From NCBI GenBank assembly GCA_034666805.1, contig JAXDLD010000258.1:1-42576 (forward strand): DNA of 42,576 nt. The letters are read 5' to 3'. Numbering within the stretch: the stretch's first letter is position 1; each line of letters opens with the position of its first letter. Positions 1-9,171 of this stretch are shown here, piece by piece. The position numbers and the translations under genes were made by a program. The DNA comes from Acidobacteriota bacterium (GTDB taxonomy: Bacteria; Acidobacteriota; Thermoanaerobaculia; Multivoradales; UBA5704). The notes beneath the pieces are model-generated. The model searched no databases, was not told where the DNA came from, and saw nothing but the letters and a program-made list of their open reading frames with translations.

Positions 1-63
1 AGATCTGGAAGCGCGAGCTGCGCCGCGGGTTTCGCTAGGGCGGGACGCCCGGTAACGAAAGCG

Positions 64-501
64 TCAGGCCACGAAGTAGGCGCTCGCCCGGATCTGCAGG
101 CGGGCCCGGGACTCGAAGCCGCTGCCGACGACCGCGAAGGCGGAGGAGGCGCCGAGGACCGGCAGCACGATCCAGCCGTCGAAGCTCTCCCCACCGGCGT
201 AGGGCGGCACCACCGGATCGATCTCCGCGATCATCGACCAGTGCTCCTCTTCGGGGTCGAAGGAGGAGCGCAGCTCGACGTAGGCGCGGTCGAGGTCGAT
301 CGTCCGCTGCCCCGAGGGGTGCCAGATCGAGAAGACGAAGCGCACCTCGTCGTAGAGGTGGGTGGCGATGAAGGGGGTCCCCGCCACCAGGAGCGGGTAG
401 CTGAAGGAGCCCGCCGAGTCGGTGGCGAAGATCTCCGGGGTGGCGTCGAACTGGACGTGGTGGGGCGGGGTCGCCGAGGTCATCTTCTCATCATCTCCCA
501 T
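64..501 (-). CDS. hypothetical protein, 145 aa, no family recognised
   Basis: 3' part of track ORF 64..1257. ATG at 499-501 (alternative ATG 481-483) lies 14 nt after the eda stop, so it is probably co-transcribed. From MGDDEKMTSATPPHHVQFD... the composition is ordinary and third codon positions are G/C-rich. The upstream part of that ORF is an Arg/Gly/Pro shadow of eda. Confidence 0.6.
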   Translation of the reverse strand: MGDDEKMTSATPPHHVQFDATPEIFATDSAGSFSYPLLVAGTPFIATHLYDEVRFVFSIWHPSGQRTIDLDRAYVELRSSFDPEEEHWSMIAEIDPVVPPYAGGESFDGWIVLPVLGASSAFAVVGSGFESRARLQIRASAYFVA

Positions 502-515
502 CGAAGCGTCCCATC

Positions 516-1175
516 CTAAGCCGATCCACCGCGGGCCAGGGTGAGCGCGCGCGTGATCCGCCGCCGGCTCTCCTCCGGCGTGGCGCCGAGGAGAGGGGCG
601 CCGATACCGAAGGCGATGGCCCCCGCGGCGCGGTAGGCCGGAATCTCCTCGACCTCGAAGCCGCCGCCGGCGAGCATGGGGATGTCGCCGAGCGGCTGGC
701 GCAGCACGGAGAGGTAGGCCGGCCCCCCCACGGGCGGCAGCGGCCAGACCTTGACCAGGTCCGCCCCCAGCTCGTGGGCGGTCACCACCTCGGTGGCGGA
801 GAGGGCGCCGAGGACGAGGTACTTGCCGTGCTCCTTGGCCACCGCGGCCATGCCGGGGCTGGTGTTGGGGCTGACGAGGAACTCCGACCCCGCGGCCACC
901 GCCTCGCGGGCGCGGGCCTCGGTCGTCACCGTCCCCATGCCGATCCAGGGCGGGCCGGCGGCGCCGCGGTCGGCCAGCAGCTCGCGCACGAGGCGGCTCC
1001 CCCCGGGCACGGTGAAGGTGATCTCGACCAGCTCGAGGCCGGAATCGAGGAACAGTCGCGCCACCCGCGCCGCCTCCTCCGTCGAGGCGGTGCGGACGAC
1101 GCCGATGACCGGCGCCCGCGCGAGACTGCGGGCGACCTCCAGACGGGTATCGACGATAGTTTGCGGCGTCTCCAT
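516..1175 (-). CDS. eda: 2-dehydro-3-deoxyphosphogluconate / 4-hydroxy-2-oxoglutarate aldolase (KDPG/KHG aldolase)
   Basis: Track ORF 516..1289 trimmed to ATG 1173-1175 (METPQTIV...). Family hallmarks seen: VIGVVRT, LELVEITF, IGMGTV, FLVSP, and the Schiff-base lysine context DLVKVWP. Confidence 0.85.
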   Translation of the reverse strand: METPQTIVDTRLEVARSLARAPVIGVVRTASTEEAARVARLFLDSGLELVEITFTVPGGSRLVRELLADRGAAGPPWIGMGTVTTEARAREAVAAGSEFLVSPNTSPGMAAVAKEHGKYLVLGALSATEVVTAHELGADLVKVWPLPPVGGPAYLSVLRQPLGDIPMLAGGGFEVEEIPAYRAAGAIAFGIGAPLLGATPEESRRRITRALTLARGGSA

Positions 1176-1361
1176 GGCGGCGCAGTCTATCACTCCCCCC
1201 GGATTCGACCTCCCCCCCGGGTGACGACTCGGTAATGTAAACGGTTCCGCCCAACAATTGACGACAAGATTGGTAAAGATGGCTGGCAAGGCCTCGCCGG
1301 TAGGAGTATCATTGCCCGGCAGAGGAGCTCAACGCACTGGCAGCATTTGTTTAAGGATCGA

Positions 1362-1910
1362 ATGGCTATTTCCGATCGACCTGTCCGAGAGTCCCTGGAT
1401 CAGCTCCTGAGGCGCCTCCGTCCGCGCCTGAAGCAGATCCTCGGCCGCTACCGTGTCCCCGCTCACGACGCGGAGGACCTGGTACAGGAGGCCCTCGTCT
1501 CGACCATCCAGAAGTGGGACGAGATCCAGGACCCGGAAGCCTGGCTGCTGGTCACCCTGCGCAACCGCTGCGTCGTCTACTGGCGCAAGCGCCGCACCAA
1601 CCTCTACAGCTCGGTCGACGCCGCCATTCTGGAGCTCCTCTCGGAGCCGGTGACGGCGCCGCAGGAGAAGGCCGAGCTGCGCTGGGACTTGAAGAACCTC
1701 ATCGACGAGCTGCCGCCGCGCTGCCGCACCCTGCTGCGCCTGCGCTACGGCCTCGGCTACGACTCGGCCGAGGTGGCCGCCCAGATGGGCTACCACCCGT
1801 CGAGCGTCCGCAAGGTGGCGCGCCGCTGCATGGCCGCCCTCACCTACCAGATGGTCACCCGCGGCTTCTCGAAGGAAGACATCGAGAGCAGCCGGGACGA
1901 CGAAGAGTAG
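1362..1910 (+). CDS. ECF-type RNA polymerase sigma factor, orphan with no adjacent anti-sigma gene
   Basis: Track ORF 1347..1910 starts at TTG. I prefer the in-frame ATG at 1362, which has AAGGA about 7 nt upstream. Region 2 is DAEDLVQEALVSTIQKW...WLLVTLRNRCVVYWRKR. The region 4 HTH is LPPRCRTLLRLRYGLGYDSAEVAAQMGYHPSSVRKVARRCM. Confidence 0.85.
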   Translation: MAISDRPVRESLDQLLRRLRPRLKQILGRYRVPAHDAEDLVQEALVSTIQKWDEIQDPEAWLLVTLRNRCVVYWRKRRTNLYSSVDAAILELLSEPVTAPQEKAELRWDLKNLIDELPPRCRTLLRLRYGLGYDSAEVAAQMGYHPSSVRKVARRCMAALTYQMVTRGFSKEDIESSRDDEE

Positions 1911-1919
1911 GCTCCCCCT

Positions 1920-2660
1920 CTACTCCCCCAGTCGCTCCAGCAGGCGATCGACCCGCCGGCAGATGCCGCGCAGGATGGCGACCTCGCGCGCCGAGAGCAG
2001 CGCGCGGGAGGCGAGGCCCCGGAGGTCCCGCAGCACCCCCGGAAAGCTCGTGTCGCGATCGAATCCCACCCGGGAGAGAACCTGGGTCAGGTGGGCGAAG
2101 AGCCCGTCGACCTCCGCCCCGGTCGCCGGCGCCTCCCGGTAGTCGGGGAGGGCCGGCGCCGCCCCGCTGGCCAGGTGGAGCTCGTAGGCGAGGAGGAGGA
2201 CCGCCTGGGCGAGGTTCAAAGTGGGATGAACGGGAGCGCAGGGGACGATGACGACGGCGGAGGCGCGGGCCAGCTCCTCGTTGGTGAGCCCGCCGACCTC
2301 GGGGCCGAAGACGAGGGCGGTGGGGGTGCCCGGCGGGTCCGAAGCGAGGAAGCCCGGCAGCTCGCGAGGGGTCAAGAGCGGCACCCCCAGCCGCCGGTCG
2401 CGGGCCGAGGTCGTCCCGATCACCCGCGCGAAGGGGGCGAGGGCCGCCTCGACCGAGGCCGCCCGCGCCGCCGCCTGGAGGACGTGCCCGGCCCCCACGG
2501 CGAACGCCTTCGCCACGTCGCCGAAGGCCGGCGCCGGCTCGACGAGCACCAGCCGGCCGAGCCCCATGTTGGCCATCGCCCGCGCCGCCGACCCCACGTT
2601 CCCCTCCTCCCGCGGCCGGACGAGGACCACCGCCGTCGCCTCTCTCCCGTCAGCCTCCAT
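1920..2660 (-). CDS. trmJ: SpoU/TrmH-family RNA 2'-O-methyltransferase, TrmJ-like
   Basis: The N-terminus VVLVRPREEGNVGSAARAMANMGL matches the TrmJ pattern. The C-terminal knot region is LVFGPEVGGLTNEEL...IPC.P.HPTLNLAQAV. It is convergent with the sigma gene, with a 9-nt gap. Confidence 0.75.
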   Translation of the reverse strand: MEADGREATAVVLVRPREEGNVGSAARAMANMGLGRLVLVEPAPAFGDVAKAFAVGAGHVLQAAARAASVEAALAPFARVIGTTSARDRRLGVPLLTPRELPGFLASDPPGTPTALVFGPEVGGLTNEELARASAVVIVPCAPVHPTLNLAQAVLLLAYELHLASGAAPALPDYREAPATGAEVDGLFAHLTQVLSRVGFDRDTSFPGVLRDLRGLASRALLSAREVAILRGICRRVDRLLERLGE

Positions 2661-2683
2661 GGAACGACTCTATCCCAGCCCGA

Positions 2684-2712
2684 TTGACAGCCCCGAGACA
2701 GGGAGATAGTTT
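2684..2712 (+). promoter_or_regulatory. candidate sigma-70-type promoter for the 2752 gene, in the divergent trmJ/2752 intergenic region
   Basis: Perfect TTGACA at 2684-2689, a 17-nt spacer, then TAGTTT at 2707-2712. A purine-rich RBS (GGAGGAGAAAGAGGAGAG) precedes ATG 2752. Sequence pattern only. Confidence 0.35.
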
Positions 2713-2751
2713 GACGAGGAGATTCCCAGAGGCGGAGGAGAAAGAGGAGAG

Positions 2752-3060
2752 ATGCCGAAGTCTGCCACGCGGGCGTACCTGATCTTCACCGGGAGCGGCC
2801 CGATCCTGGTCCTGTCCACCTACCCCAAGCTGACCGACGAGCGGCTCGTGAGCAAGCTCCGCTACAAGGGGATCGACAAGTTCATCGCCTACGAGGTCGA
2901 CCTGGACGCGGTCAAGGCGCGCTACGAGCACTCCTTCGACAACATCTCGAAGGACCTGGAGACCGAGCAGGACATGCGGGTGCTCGACTTCAACGGCCAC
3001 CAGATCATGACCAACTTCGCCCTCGACGAGCTGGGCGACCCCATCAAGTTCGGGGGATAG
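2752..3060 (+). CDS. conserved-looking hypothetical protein, 102 aa
   Basis: Clean ORF with a strong RBS and balanced, non-shadow composition (MPKSATRAYLIFTGSGPILVLSTYPKLTDERLVSKLRYKGIDKF...). No family recognised with certainty. Confidence 0.7.
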   Translation: MPKSATRAYLIFTGSGPILVLSTYPKLTDERLVSKLRYKGIDKFIAYEVDLDAVKARYEHSFDNISKDLETEQDMRVLDFNGHQIMTNFALDELGDPIKFGG

Positions 3061-3069
3061 AGCTTTCAG

Positions 3070-3702
3070 CTAAACGCTTCGGAAGGACCGCAGGTCGTAC
3101 CCCAGCTCGGCGAAGAGGCGGTAGGTGGCGGGGAGGGGGAGCCCTACCACGTTGGTGTAGTTGCCGAAGACCTCCTCGACGAAGAGCGCCCCCAGCCCCT
3201 GCACGGCGTAGGAGCCGGCCTTGTCGAGCGGCTCCCCGGTCGTCACGTACCAGGCGATCTGCTCCGGGCTCATCGCCGCCATCCGCACCCGCGAGGTCTC
3301 GACCACCGCTGCCTGGCGCAGGTCGCGGCCGGCATGCCCCATCTCCCTCAAAGCCACGCCCGTGAGCACCGTGTGCTCGCGGCCGGCGATCCGGCCGAGC
3401 ATGCGCCGGGCGTCCTGCTCGTCCCGAGGCTTCCCCAGGAGGTCGCCGTCGAGGACGACGATCGTGTCGGCGGCGAGCACCAGCTCTCCGGGCTCGGTCC
3501 GGGCCGCCGCCTTCTCGCGGGACAGGCGCAGGACGTAGGCGCGCGGCTCCTCGCCCGGCAGCGGGGTCTCGTCCAGGTCGACCGGACGGACCGTGAAGGC
3601 GAGCCCGAGCCCGCCCAGGAGCTCCCGCCGCCGCGGTGAGGCGGAGGCGAGGACGAGGGCGGGGGGGGCCGAGAAATCGGGCAAGCGGGAGGGCGGGATC
3701 AA
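3070..3702 (-). CDS. maf: Maf-like nucleoside triphosphate pyrophosphatase (septum formation protein Maf)
   Basis: [35 protein letters not shown] and [27 protein letters not shown] are typical Maf blocks. The track start is TTG 3700-3702, overlapping the upstream gene's TGA (TTGA). An alternative TTG lies at 3682-3684. Confidence 0.85.
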   Translation of the reverse strand: MIPPSRLPDFSAPPALVLASASPRRRELLGGLGLAFTVRPVDLDETPLPGEEPRAYVLRLSREKAAARTEPGELVLAADTIVVLDGDLLGKPRDEQDARRMLGRIAGREHTVLTGVALREMGHAGRDLRQAAVVETSRVRMAAMSPEQIAWYVTTGEPLDKAGSYAVQGLGALFVEEVFGNYTNVVGLPLPATYRLFAELGYDLRSFRSV

Positions 3703-6317
3703 GGGTAGTAGCCGCGGAGGGTCTTGGCCGTCAAGCCGGGCTTCGCCACCTTCACCTCTAAAGTGCGGTACTTGTCCTTCGCCGCCGCGCCGCCCTGGGT
3801 GGACTCGTAGGCGAGCAGGTACTGGCTCCGCAGGTCGCCCTCGACCTCCTTGTAGACCGAGTCGAGCTCCACCGCCTTCTCGATCAGGAAGTGTCTCCCC
3901 CCCGTCTCCTCGGCGAGCTTCTGGAGCTTCAGGCGGACGTCGGCGTCCTGGGTGGTGAGCCCGAGGCCGATCGTGTAGATGGTGACGCCGGTGCGGCGGG
4001 CGTACTCCAGGGCATCGGGGAAGGTGTAGCGGCTCTTGTCGTCCTTGCCGTCCGAGAGGAGGACGATCGCCCGCTTCCCCTTGATCCCGCCGAAGAGGTA
4101 GAGGGTGTAGACGAGGCTGTCGTAGAGCGCGGTGTTGCCGTCGGCGGTCAGGTTGGCGAGCCCGCCGGCCAGGACCTCATGGTTGTTGGTGAACTTGACC
4201 GCCAGGTTCGGCTTGTCGGCGAAGGTCACCACCGCCGCCCGGTCGCGGGGGGTGATCACCTTGTCGAAGAAGCGGAGCGCGCCCTCGACCGCCTCGTGGA
4301 GCGAGGTGTCCATGGAGCCCGAGGTGTCCAGGAGGATGCAGGCATAGATCGGCACGTCCTTGACGAGGTCGAAGCGCCGCACCTGCTGCTCGGCGCCGTC
4401 CTCGAAGACCTTGAAGTCCTTGGCTTCGAGACCCTGGACCGGCCGCCCCTTCTTGTCGACGACCGAGGTGTAGAGCTCGACCAGGTCGACCTGGACCTTC
4501 ACCCCCGGGTTCGGCGAGTTGACCAGCACCGTGTCTTCGGTCGAGTTGCCGCCATCCGCCAGATAGGCGACGGCGCGCACGTAGGTGACCTTGTCGCCCG
4601 GCGGCAGGACCATGGGCTGGGCGAAGGGGGGCTGGTAGAGAGTCGCGATCCGGGTCTCGTTCAGGTAGAACTCGACCCGTTCCAGGGTCTCCCCCTCCGG
4701 CACCTTGACCTCGGCGTTGGCGCGCAGGCTCTCGTGGTAGGTCTTCCCCGGCTGCGGCTCGAGCAGGCGGAGCGAGAAGCGGTGCGGGCCAGCGTTCAGG
4801 AACACCTCGTCCTGGGCCAGCTCCTCGCCGCCCGGTCCCTGGGCAACGGCCTTCAGCGAATGGATCTTCGGCTGCTCGCCGAGCGCCAGCTCGACGCTGT
4901 AGGGGGGCCGGGCCTTCGACAGGATCGGCTTGCCATTGAGGAGGAAGATGACGCGGGCGATCCCCTCACCCGTCGTCACCGCCTCGACCCGGGACTTGCC
5001 GGTCACCAGCCCCTCCGGCGGCGGCAGGAGCCGGATCGTCTGGTCGCCGGCGTGGAGGGAGGAGTTGGCCTCCTTGACCGGATCGCGGCCGGTCGCCCCC
5101 GGCGACGTGGGGGGGTTGGCCGGGGCGGCGGCGGTTACCTCGGAAGTCGGCGGGGTAATGGGGCCGGCCGGGACCTCGAGCTCGCGCTGGTCTCGAAAGT
5201 ACCGCTTCCCGCCCACGTCCTCGATCTTGACGATCAGGGTGTAGGGGCCGGGCCGCAGGTAGCGCTGGAAGATGAGGGGTAAGCGCCCCTCCCGGATCTG
5301 CGCCGCGGCCTCCTTGACCGGGAGGGTGAAGCGGTAGCGGAAGTGCTCGAAGAGCTCCTCCTTCCGGAGCACCTCGCCGTCGATGACGAAGTCGTAGGAC
5401 TCGAAGTCGCCCGTCTTGGCGAGCTTGACCTCGTCCTTGGGCACCGAGAGGAGACCCTGGACGACGGTGCGGCTGCCGTAGCGGCCGGGGAAGGTGACCG
5501 CGAGCTCGGCCGGGAAGGCGGCGGCGCCCTGGGGGAGGTCGGTCGAGTAGGCGGAGAAGGTGCTGAGCCACTCCTCGCTCGGATGGGGGGCGAGCTGGAC
5601 GCTCTTTTCGACCCGGGTCCAGTCGATCACGCTGCCGAGCGCGCTCAGGATCTCGGACCCCTGCGCGCAGGCCTCCTCGATCAGCTCCGGCCGCGGGCCC
5701 TCGGGGTAGCGGCCGCGGACGTCGAAGGAGAGGAGCGAGGTGATCCCCTGGCTCGGGTACCAGAGCCGCCAGGTGCTGCCGGCGGGCGCCACGAAGACCA
5801 GGCTGTAGCCGGTGCGCGCGAACTCGTTCTTCTCGAACGACCAGATCTCGAGCGGAAGGAACATCTCCGGGCAGTGCGACTTGACGACATGGGCCGGCTC
5901 GCCGTTCCACAGCATCATGCGCGCCCGGTCCTCGGTCAGGTTGCCGAACTTCTCCTTGGCGGCCCGTGCCCGCCCCTCCCATCTCTCCTCGAACTCGTTG
6001 ACCGCCGTCTGCGGGAAGGGGTCGCGCGCCTTCCAGAACTGGCGGACGAAGGCGTCCCGCTGGTAGTCCTGCTTCAAGGCGAGGAACGCGGCCTGCTCCT
6101 TGGCGCTCATGAGCGGACCCGCCAGGTCGACGAAGTCGCGGTGGCGCTGGGCGAGGTCGGCGGGGAGAGGGGGGAGCGGCTGGGCGTCCGCCGGTGTCGG
6201 CGCGGCGGCGGCAGGAGGCGCGGGTTTGGCGGCGTGGGCCGGAGACGCAAACGACGGCGAGGCCGCCGCAAGGGCCAGGAGGAGGAACAGCAAGGGCCGG
6301 CGGCTCGGGACCGACAT
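3699..6317 (-). CDS. secreted GWxTD-like / Ig-like repeat / VWFA-related Acidobacterial-domain protein, 872 aa
   Basis: Signal peptide [29 protein letters not shown], followed by an Ala/Pro linker. A GWxTD-like block reads [24 protein letters not shown]...[14 protein letters not shown]. The C-terminal VWA domain has an intact MIDAS motif DTSGSM, then TALYDS, LLSDGKD, and the tail RGYYP. Confidence 0.85.
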   Translation of the reverse strand: MSVPSRRPLLFLLLALAAASPSFASPAHAAKPAPPAAAAPTPADAQPLPPLPADLAQRHRDFVDLAGPLMSAKEQAAFLALKQDYQRDAFVRQFWKARDPFPQTAVNEFEERWEGRARAAKEKFGNLTEDRARMMLWNGEPAHVVKSHCPEMFLPLEIWSFEKNEFARTGYSLVFVAPAGSTWRLWYPSQGITSLLSFDVRGRYPEGPRPELIEEACAQGSEILSALGSVIDWTRVEKSVQLAPHPSEEWLSTFSAYSTDLPQGAAAFPAELAVTFPGRYGSRTVVQGLLSVPKDEVKLAKTGDFESYDFVIDGEVLRKEELFEHFRYRFTLPVKEAAAQIREGRLPLIFQRYLRPGPYTLIVKIEDVGGKRYFRDQRELEVPAGPITPPTSEVTAAAPANPPTSPGATGRDPVKEANSSLHAGDQTIRLLPPPEGLVTGKSRVEAVTTGEGIARVIFLLNGKPILSKARPPYSVELALGEQPKIHSLKAVAQGPGGEELAQDEVFLNAGPHRFSLRLLEPQPGKTYHESLRANAEVKVPEGETLERVEFYLNETRIATLYQPPFAQPMVLPPGDKVTYVRAVAYLADGGNSTEDTVLVNSPNPGVKVQVDLVELYTSVVDKKGRPVQGLEAKDFKVFEDGAEQQVRRFDLVKDVPIYACILLDTSGSMDTSLHEAVEGALRFFDKVITPRDRAAVVTFADKPNLAVKFTNNHEVLAGGLANLTADGNTALYDSLVYTLYLFGGIKGKRAIVLLSDGKDDKSRYTFPDALEYARRTGVTIYTIGLGLTTQDADVRLKLQKLAEETGGRHFLIEKAVELDSVYKEVEGDLRSQYLLAYESTQGGAAAKDKYRTLEVKVAKPGLTAKTLRGYYP

Positions 6318-6336
6318 CGTCCGCCGATCCTACGCC

Positions 6337-6366
6337 CGGGGCGGGGGGAGGGGCAACCCCGCCCCG
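6337..6366 (-). terminator. GC-rich hairpin between the two VWA paralogues, a possible terminator or attenuator
   Basis: CGGGGCGGGG (6337-6346) pairs with CCCCGCCCCG (6357-6366) around a 10-nt loop. It lies 14 nt downstream of the stop of the 6380..9088 gene. No U-tract follows on the minus strand. Confidence 0.35.
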
Positions 6367-6379
6367 CTACCGGGCATCC

Positions 6380-9088
6380 CTACGGGTAGTACCCCCGGAT
6401 CGTCTTAACCTCCAGCCCGGACTGGTCGACCTTGAGATCCACGCTCCTGAAGCTCGTGTCCTCGCCGGCGTTGGTCGACTGGTAGGCGATCAGGTACTGG
6501 GAGCGCAGCTCCTTTTCGATCTCGGCGTAGATCGGCTTCAATTCCGTCGCCGTGGCGACGAAGAAGCTCCGGCCGCCGGTCTCCTCGGCGATCTTCGTCA
6601 GATGCTTCTTGTCGACGTCCTTGCCGAGGCCGATGGCATAGATCGTCACCCCCGCCCGCCGCGCGTACTCCATGGCGTCCTCGAAGGTGAAGCGGCTGCT
6701 CTCGTCCTTGCCGTCCGAGAGCAGGAGCATGGCCCGCTGCCCCTTGATGCCGTTGAAGTAGTAGAGGGTGAAGATGATGCTGTCGTAGAGGGCGGTGCCG
6801 CGCTCGGCCTTCAAGCCCGCCAGGCCGCCGGCGAGCGTCGTCACGTTGTTGGTGAACTTGACCGCCAGGTTCGGGTGGTCGTTGAAGGTGACGATCGTCG
6901 CCCGGTCCCTGGGCTTGACCGTCTGCTGGATGAACCCGAGGGCGGCCTGCTGGGTCTCCGGCAGGTTCCCCTCCATGGATGCCGAGATGTCGAGCGTGAT
7001 GGCGGTGTGGATGGGGAGGTCGTGGACCCGGTCGAAACGGGTGATCTGCTGCTTGACGTTGTCCTCGAACGGGGTGAAGTCCTTCTGGGTGAGCCCCTCG
7101 ACCGGGCGCCCCTTTTTGTCGAGCACCGAGGCGTAGAGCTCGACGTACTGGATGTTCAGGCGCTCCATCCCCTCCGGGGCGTTGACGAAGACGAGGTCCT
7201 CCGTCGAGGAGCCGTCGACCCCATAGGCGACCGCCCGCACGTAGGACGGAACGCCGCCCTTGGCGAGGAGGATGGGCTGCGTGTAGGGCGGCTGGTAGGC
7301 GGTCGCGACCAGGGTCTCGTTCAGGTAGAACTCCACCCGCTCGACCGCCTGCTCCTCCGGCACGTCGACGTCGGCCAGGGCGAGGAGGCTCTTCTCGTAG
7401 CGCTTGCCGCGCTGCGGCTCGACCAGGTGGACCGCGAAGCGGTGGCCGGCGGAGTTGATGAGGAGCTGGTCCTGGGTGAGGACCGCCCCCTTCTCGTCGT
7501 AGGCGATGGCGTCGAGCTTCCGCGTCCTGGGCACCGGCCCGAGGTCGAGCTCGACGCTGTAGGGGGCGACCTTCTTGGTGAGGATCGGCTTGCCGTCCAG
7601 GACGAAGGTGACCTTCTGGATGTCCTTGCCGGTCGCCAGGGTGTCGAAACGCTGCATCCCGGTGTGCAGCTCGCCCTGGGGGCGGATGATCTTGAGCGTC
7701 GTCTCGCCCGTGCGGAGCGCCTTGTTCGCCTCCGCGAGGATGCGCCGGCTCTCCTCGTCCAGGGGCGGCGGCGCGGTCGGGGCGACCCGGTCGGTCTCCG
7801 GAACCGTGATCTTCTCCTCCGAGCGGTAGAACTTGCCCGAGTTGACGTCCTCGGCCTTGATCACCAGGGTGTAGCTGCCGGGGCGCAGGTAGCGCTGGAA
7901 GACCAGGGGGATCTTCCCGTCCTGCACCTGGTTGGCGGGGAAGTCGAACTTGTAGCGGAAGCTGTCGAAGAGCTTCTTGTTCTGGATCACCTCGCCGGTC
8001 AGGAGCAGGTTGTAGGAGCGGGCGTCCCCGAGCTGCGCCTCGGCGATGTCCGCGGACGCCACCTGCATCAGGCCCTGGACCACCGTCCGCGCCTGGTAGC
8101 GGCCTGGGTACTCTAAAGTGAGCTTGGCCGGGAAGGTGATGGCCGACTCCGGCAGGTCGGTCGTGTAGGCGTTGAAAGTCTGCACCCACTCGGTGCTCGG
8201 CCCCTCGGGCCGCGACTCGAACTGCGCCTGGAGCATGCTGTAGCCCATCCGCTGCTGCAGGATCCAGCTGATGGCGCCGGCCAGCTTGTCGCCGTTGATG
8301 CAGCCGTCGGCGACCGCCTGGAGCGAGCGCTCGTCCGGGTTCGCGCTGTCCCTGAAGAGCTCGCCCAGCCCCTCGTTCGGCTCCCAGATCCGGTAGGGTC
8401 CGGCCCCCCAGCGCTGGGAGAAGACGACGAAGAACTCATAGCGCACGCGGTCGCTGTTGACGTAGTACCAGACCTCCGTCGGCCACAGGAGCTGGCAGTT
8501 GGAGACGATCTGGCCGTTGGGCTGCCCGTTCAAGAGCAGGATGCGGGCCCGGTCCTCCTTGATGTTCCCGAAGTGGGCCTTGGCCTCCTCGACCCGGGAG
8601 TCCCACGACTCGCGGAACGCGCTGTGGCCCCCCAGGTGGTACTTGTCCCGCACCTGCCAGAAGCGCTCGATGAAAGAGTCGCGCTGATAGTCCTTGTCGA
8701 GGAGGAGGAAGGTCGCCTTCTCCTCCGGAGTCATGAGGACGTCGACCTCGTCGAGCCAGGCCTTGTAGGTGTGCGGCAGGGCGGCCAGGGCCTTCTTCTG
8801 CTCCGCCCGGGAGAGCTTCCGCGGCTTGTCGCTCCCGGACTTCTTGGCCGGGGCCTTCGCCGCGGCGGCGGGCTTGGCATCCTTCGCATCCCCCTTCGCG
8901 GCGTCTGGAGCCGGAGCCGGAGGAGGGGGAGGAGCCGCGTTCGCCGGCGCTGGCGGGGATGCCGGTGCTGGGGCTGCCGGCGCGGCAATCGGTGGATCGG
9001 CCGCGGCGGGCAGGGCCAGGCAGAAAGACAGGAGGACGAGGACGAAGCAGGGGAGAAGGAGCGCGGTGCGGTGCAGATGAATCCTCAT
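6380..9088 (-). CDS. secreted GWxTD-like / VWFA-related Acidobacterial-domain protein, paralogue of 3699..6317, 902 aa
   Basis: Track ORF 6380..9361 trimmed to ATG 9086-9088 (MRIHLHRTALLLPCFVLVLLSFCLALPAAA, a signal peptide). It has the same architecture as the neighbour: Ala/Pro/Lys-rich linker, FIERFWQVRDKY...KEDRARILLLNGQP, MIDAS DISASM, TALYDS, LLSDGKD, and the end RGYYP. Confidence 0.85.
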   Translation of the reverse strand: MRIHLHRTALLLPCFVLVLLSFCLALPAAADPPIAAPAAPAPASPPAPANAAPPPPPAPAPDAAKGDAKDAKPAAAAKAPAKKSGSDKPRKLSRAEQKKALAALPHTYKAWLDEVDVLMTPEEKATFLLLDKDYQRDSFIERFWQVRDKYHLGGHSAFRESWDSRVEEAKAHFGNIKEDRARILLLNGQPNGQIVSNCQLLWPTEVWYYVNSDRVRYEFFVVFSQRWGAGPYRIWEPNEGLGELFRDSANPDERSLQAVADGCINGDKLAGAISWILQQRMGYSMLQAQFESRPEGPSTEWVQTFNAYTTDLPESAITFPAKLTLEYPGRYQARTVVQGLMQVASADIAEAQLGDARSYNLLLTGEVIQNKKLFDSFRYKFDFPANQVQDGKIPLVFQRYLRPGSYTLVIKAEDVNSGKFYRSEEKITVPETDRVAPTAPPPLDEESRRILAEANKALRTGETTLKIIRPQGELHTGMQRFDTLATGKDIQKVTFVLDGKPILTKKVAPYSVELDLGPVPRTRKLDAIAYDEKGAVLTQDQLLINSAGHRFAVHLVEPQRGKRYEKSLLALADVDVPEEQAVERVEFYLNETLVATAYQPPYTQPILLAKGGVPSYVRAVAYGVDGSSTEDLVFVNAPEGMERLNIQYVELYASVLDKKGRPVEGLTQKDFTPFEDNVKQQITRFDRVHDLPIHTAITLDISASMEGNLPETQQAALGFIQQTVKPRDRATIVTFNDHPNLAVKFTNNVTTLAGGLAGLKAERGTALYDSIIFTLYYFNGIKGQRAMLLLSDGKDESSRFTFEDAMEYARRAGVTIYAIGLGKDVDKKHLTKIAEETGGRSFFVATATELKPIYAEIEKELRSQYLIAYQSTNAGEDTSFRSVDLKVDQSGLEVKTIRGYYP

Positions 9089-9110
9089 AGCCGTATCTTT
9101 CCTCAACAAC

Positions 9111-9147
9111 GGGCCGGCGGACGCCATTCCGGCCCGCGCGTTACAAT
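9111..9147 (+). promoter_or_regulatory. candidate -10 element preceded by a hairpin, in the divergent VWA / cysteine-desulfurase intergenic region
   Basis: TACAAT at 9142-9147, 25 nt before ATG 9172. Just upstream, the inverted repeat GGGCCGG (9111-9117) / CCGGCCC (9129-9135) could be an operator. The -35 is weak. Pattern only. Confidence 0.3.
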
Positions 9148-9171
9148 ACTCCCTCCCGAGGCCTCCTGCCC

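Noticed and set aside
1-63. Possible 3' end of a plus-strand gene entering the window (frames ending at 36-38 or 53-55).
   Set aside because: It is too short to evaluate.
3661-3668. G8/C8 homopolymer in the 5' end of maf as a phase-variation tract.
   Set aside because: It encodes Pro-Pro in a 70 percent G+C genome, where such runs are expected. It lies in the poorly conserved N-terminus, and I see no supporting evidence.
6194-8189. Long track ORFs opposite to or out of frame with the VWA genes: 6194..8116 +, 6405..8189 -, 3891..5282 +, 4966..5982 -, 5343..6389 +.
   Set aside because: Their translations are Arg/Gly/Pro/Ala/Asp-rich with no recognisable motifs. They are typical shadow ORFs of a high-G+C genome, and each overlaps a gene with clear homology.
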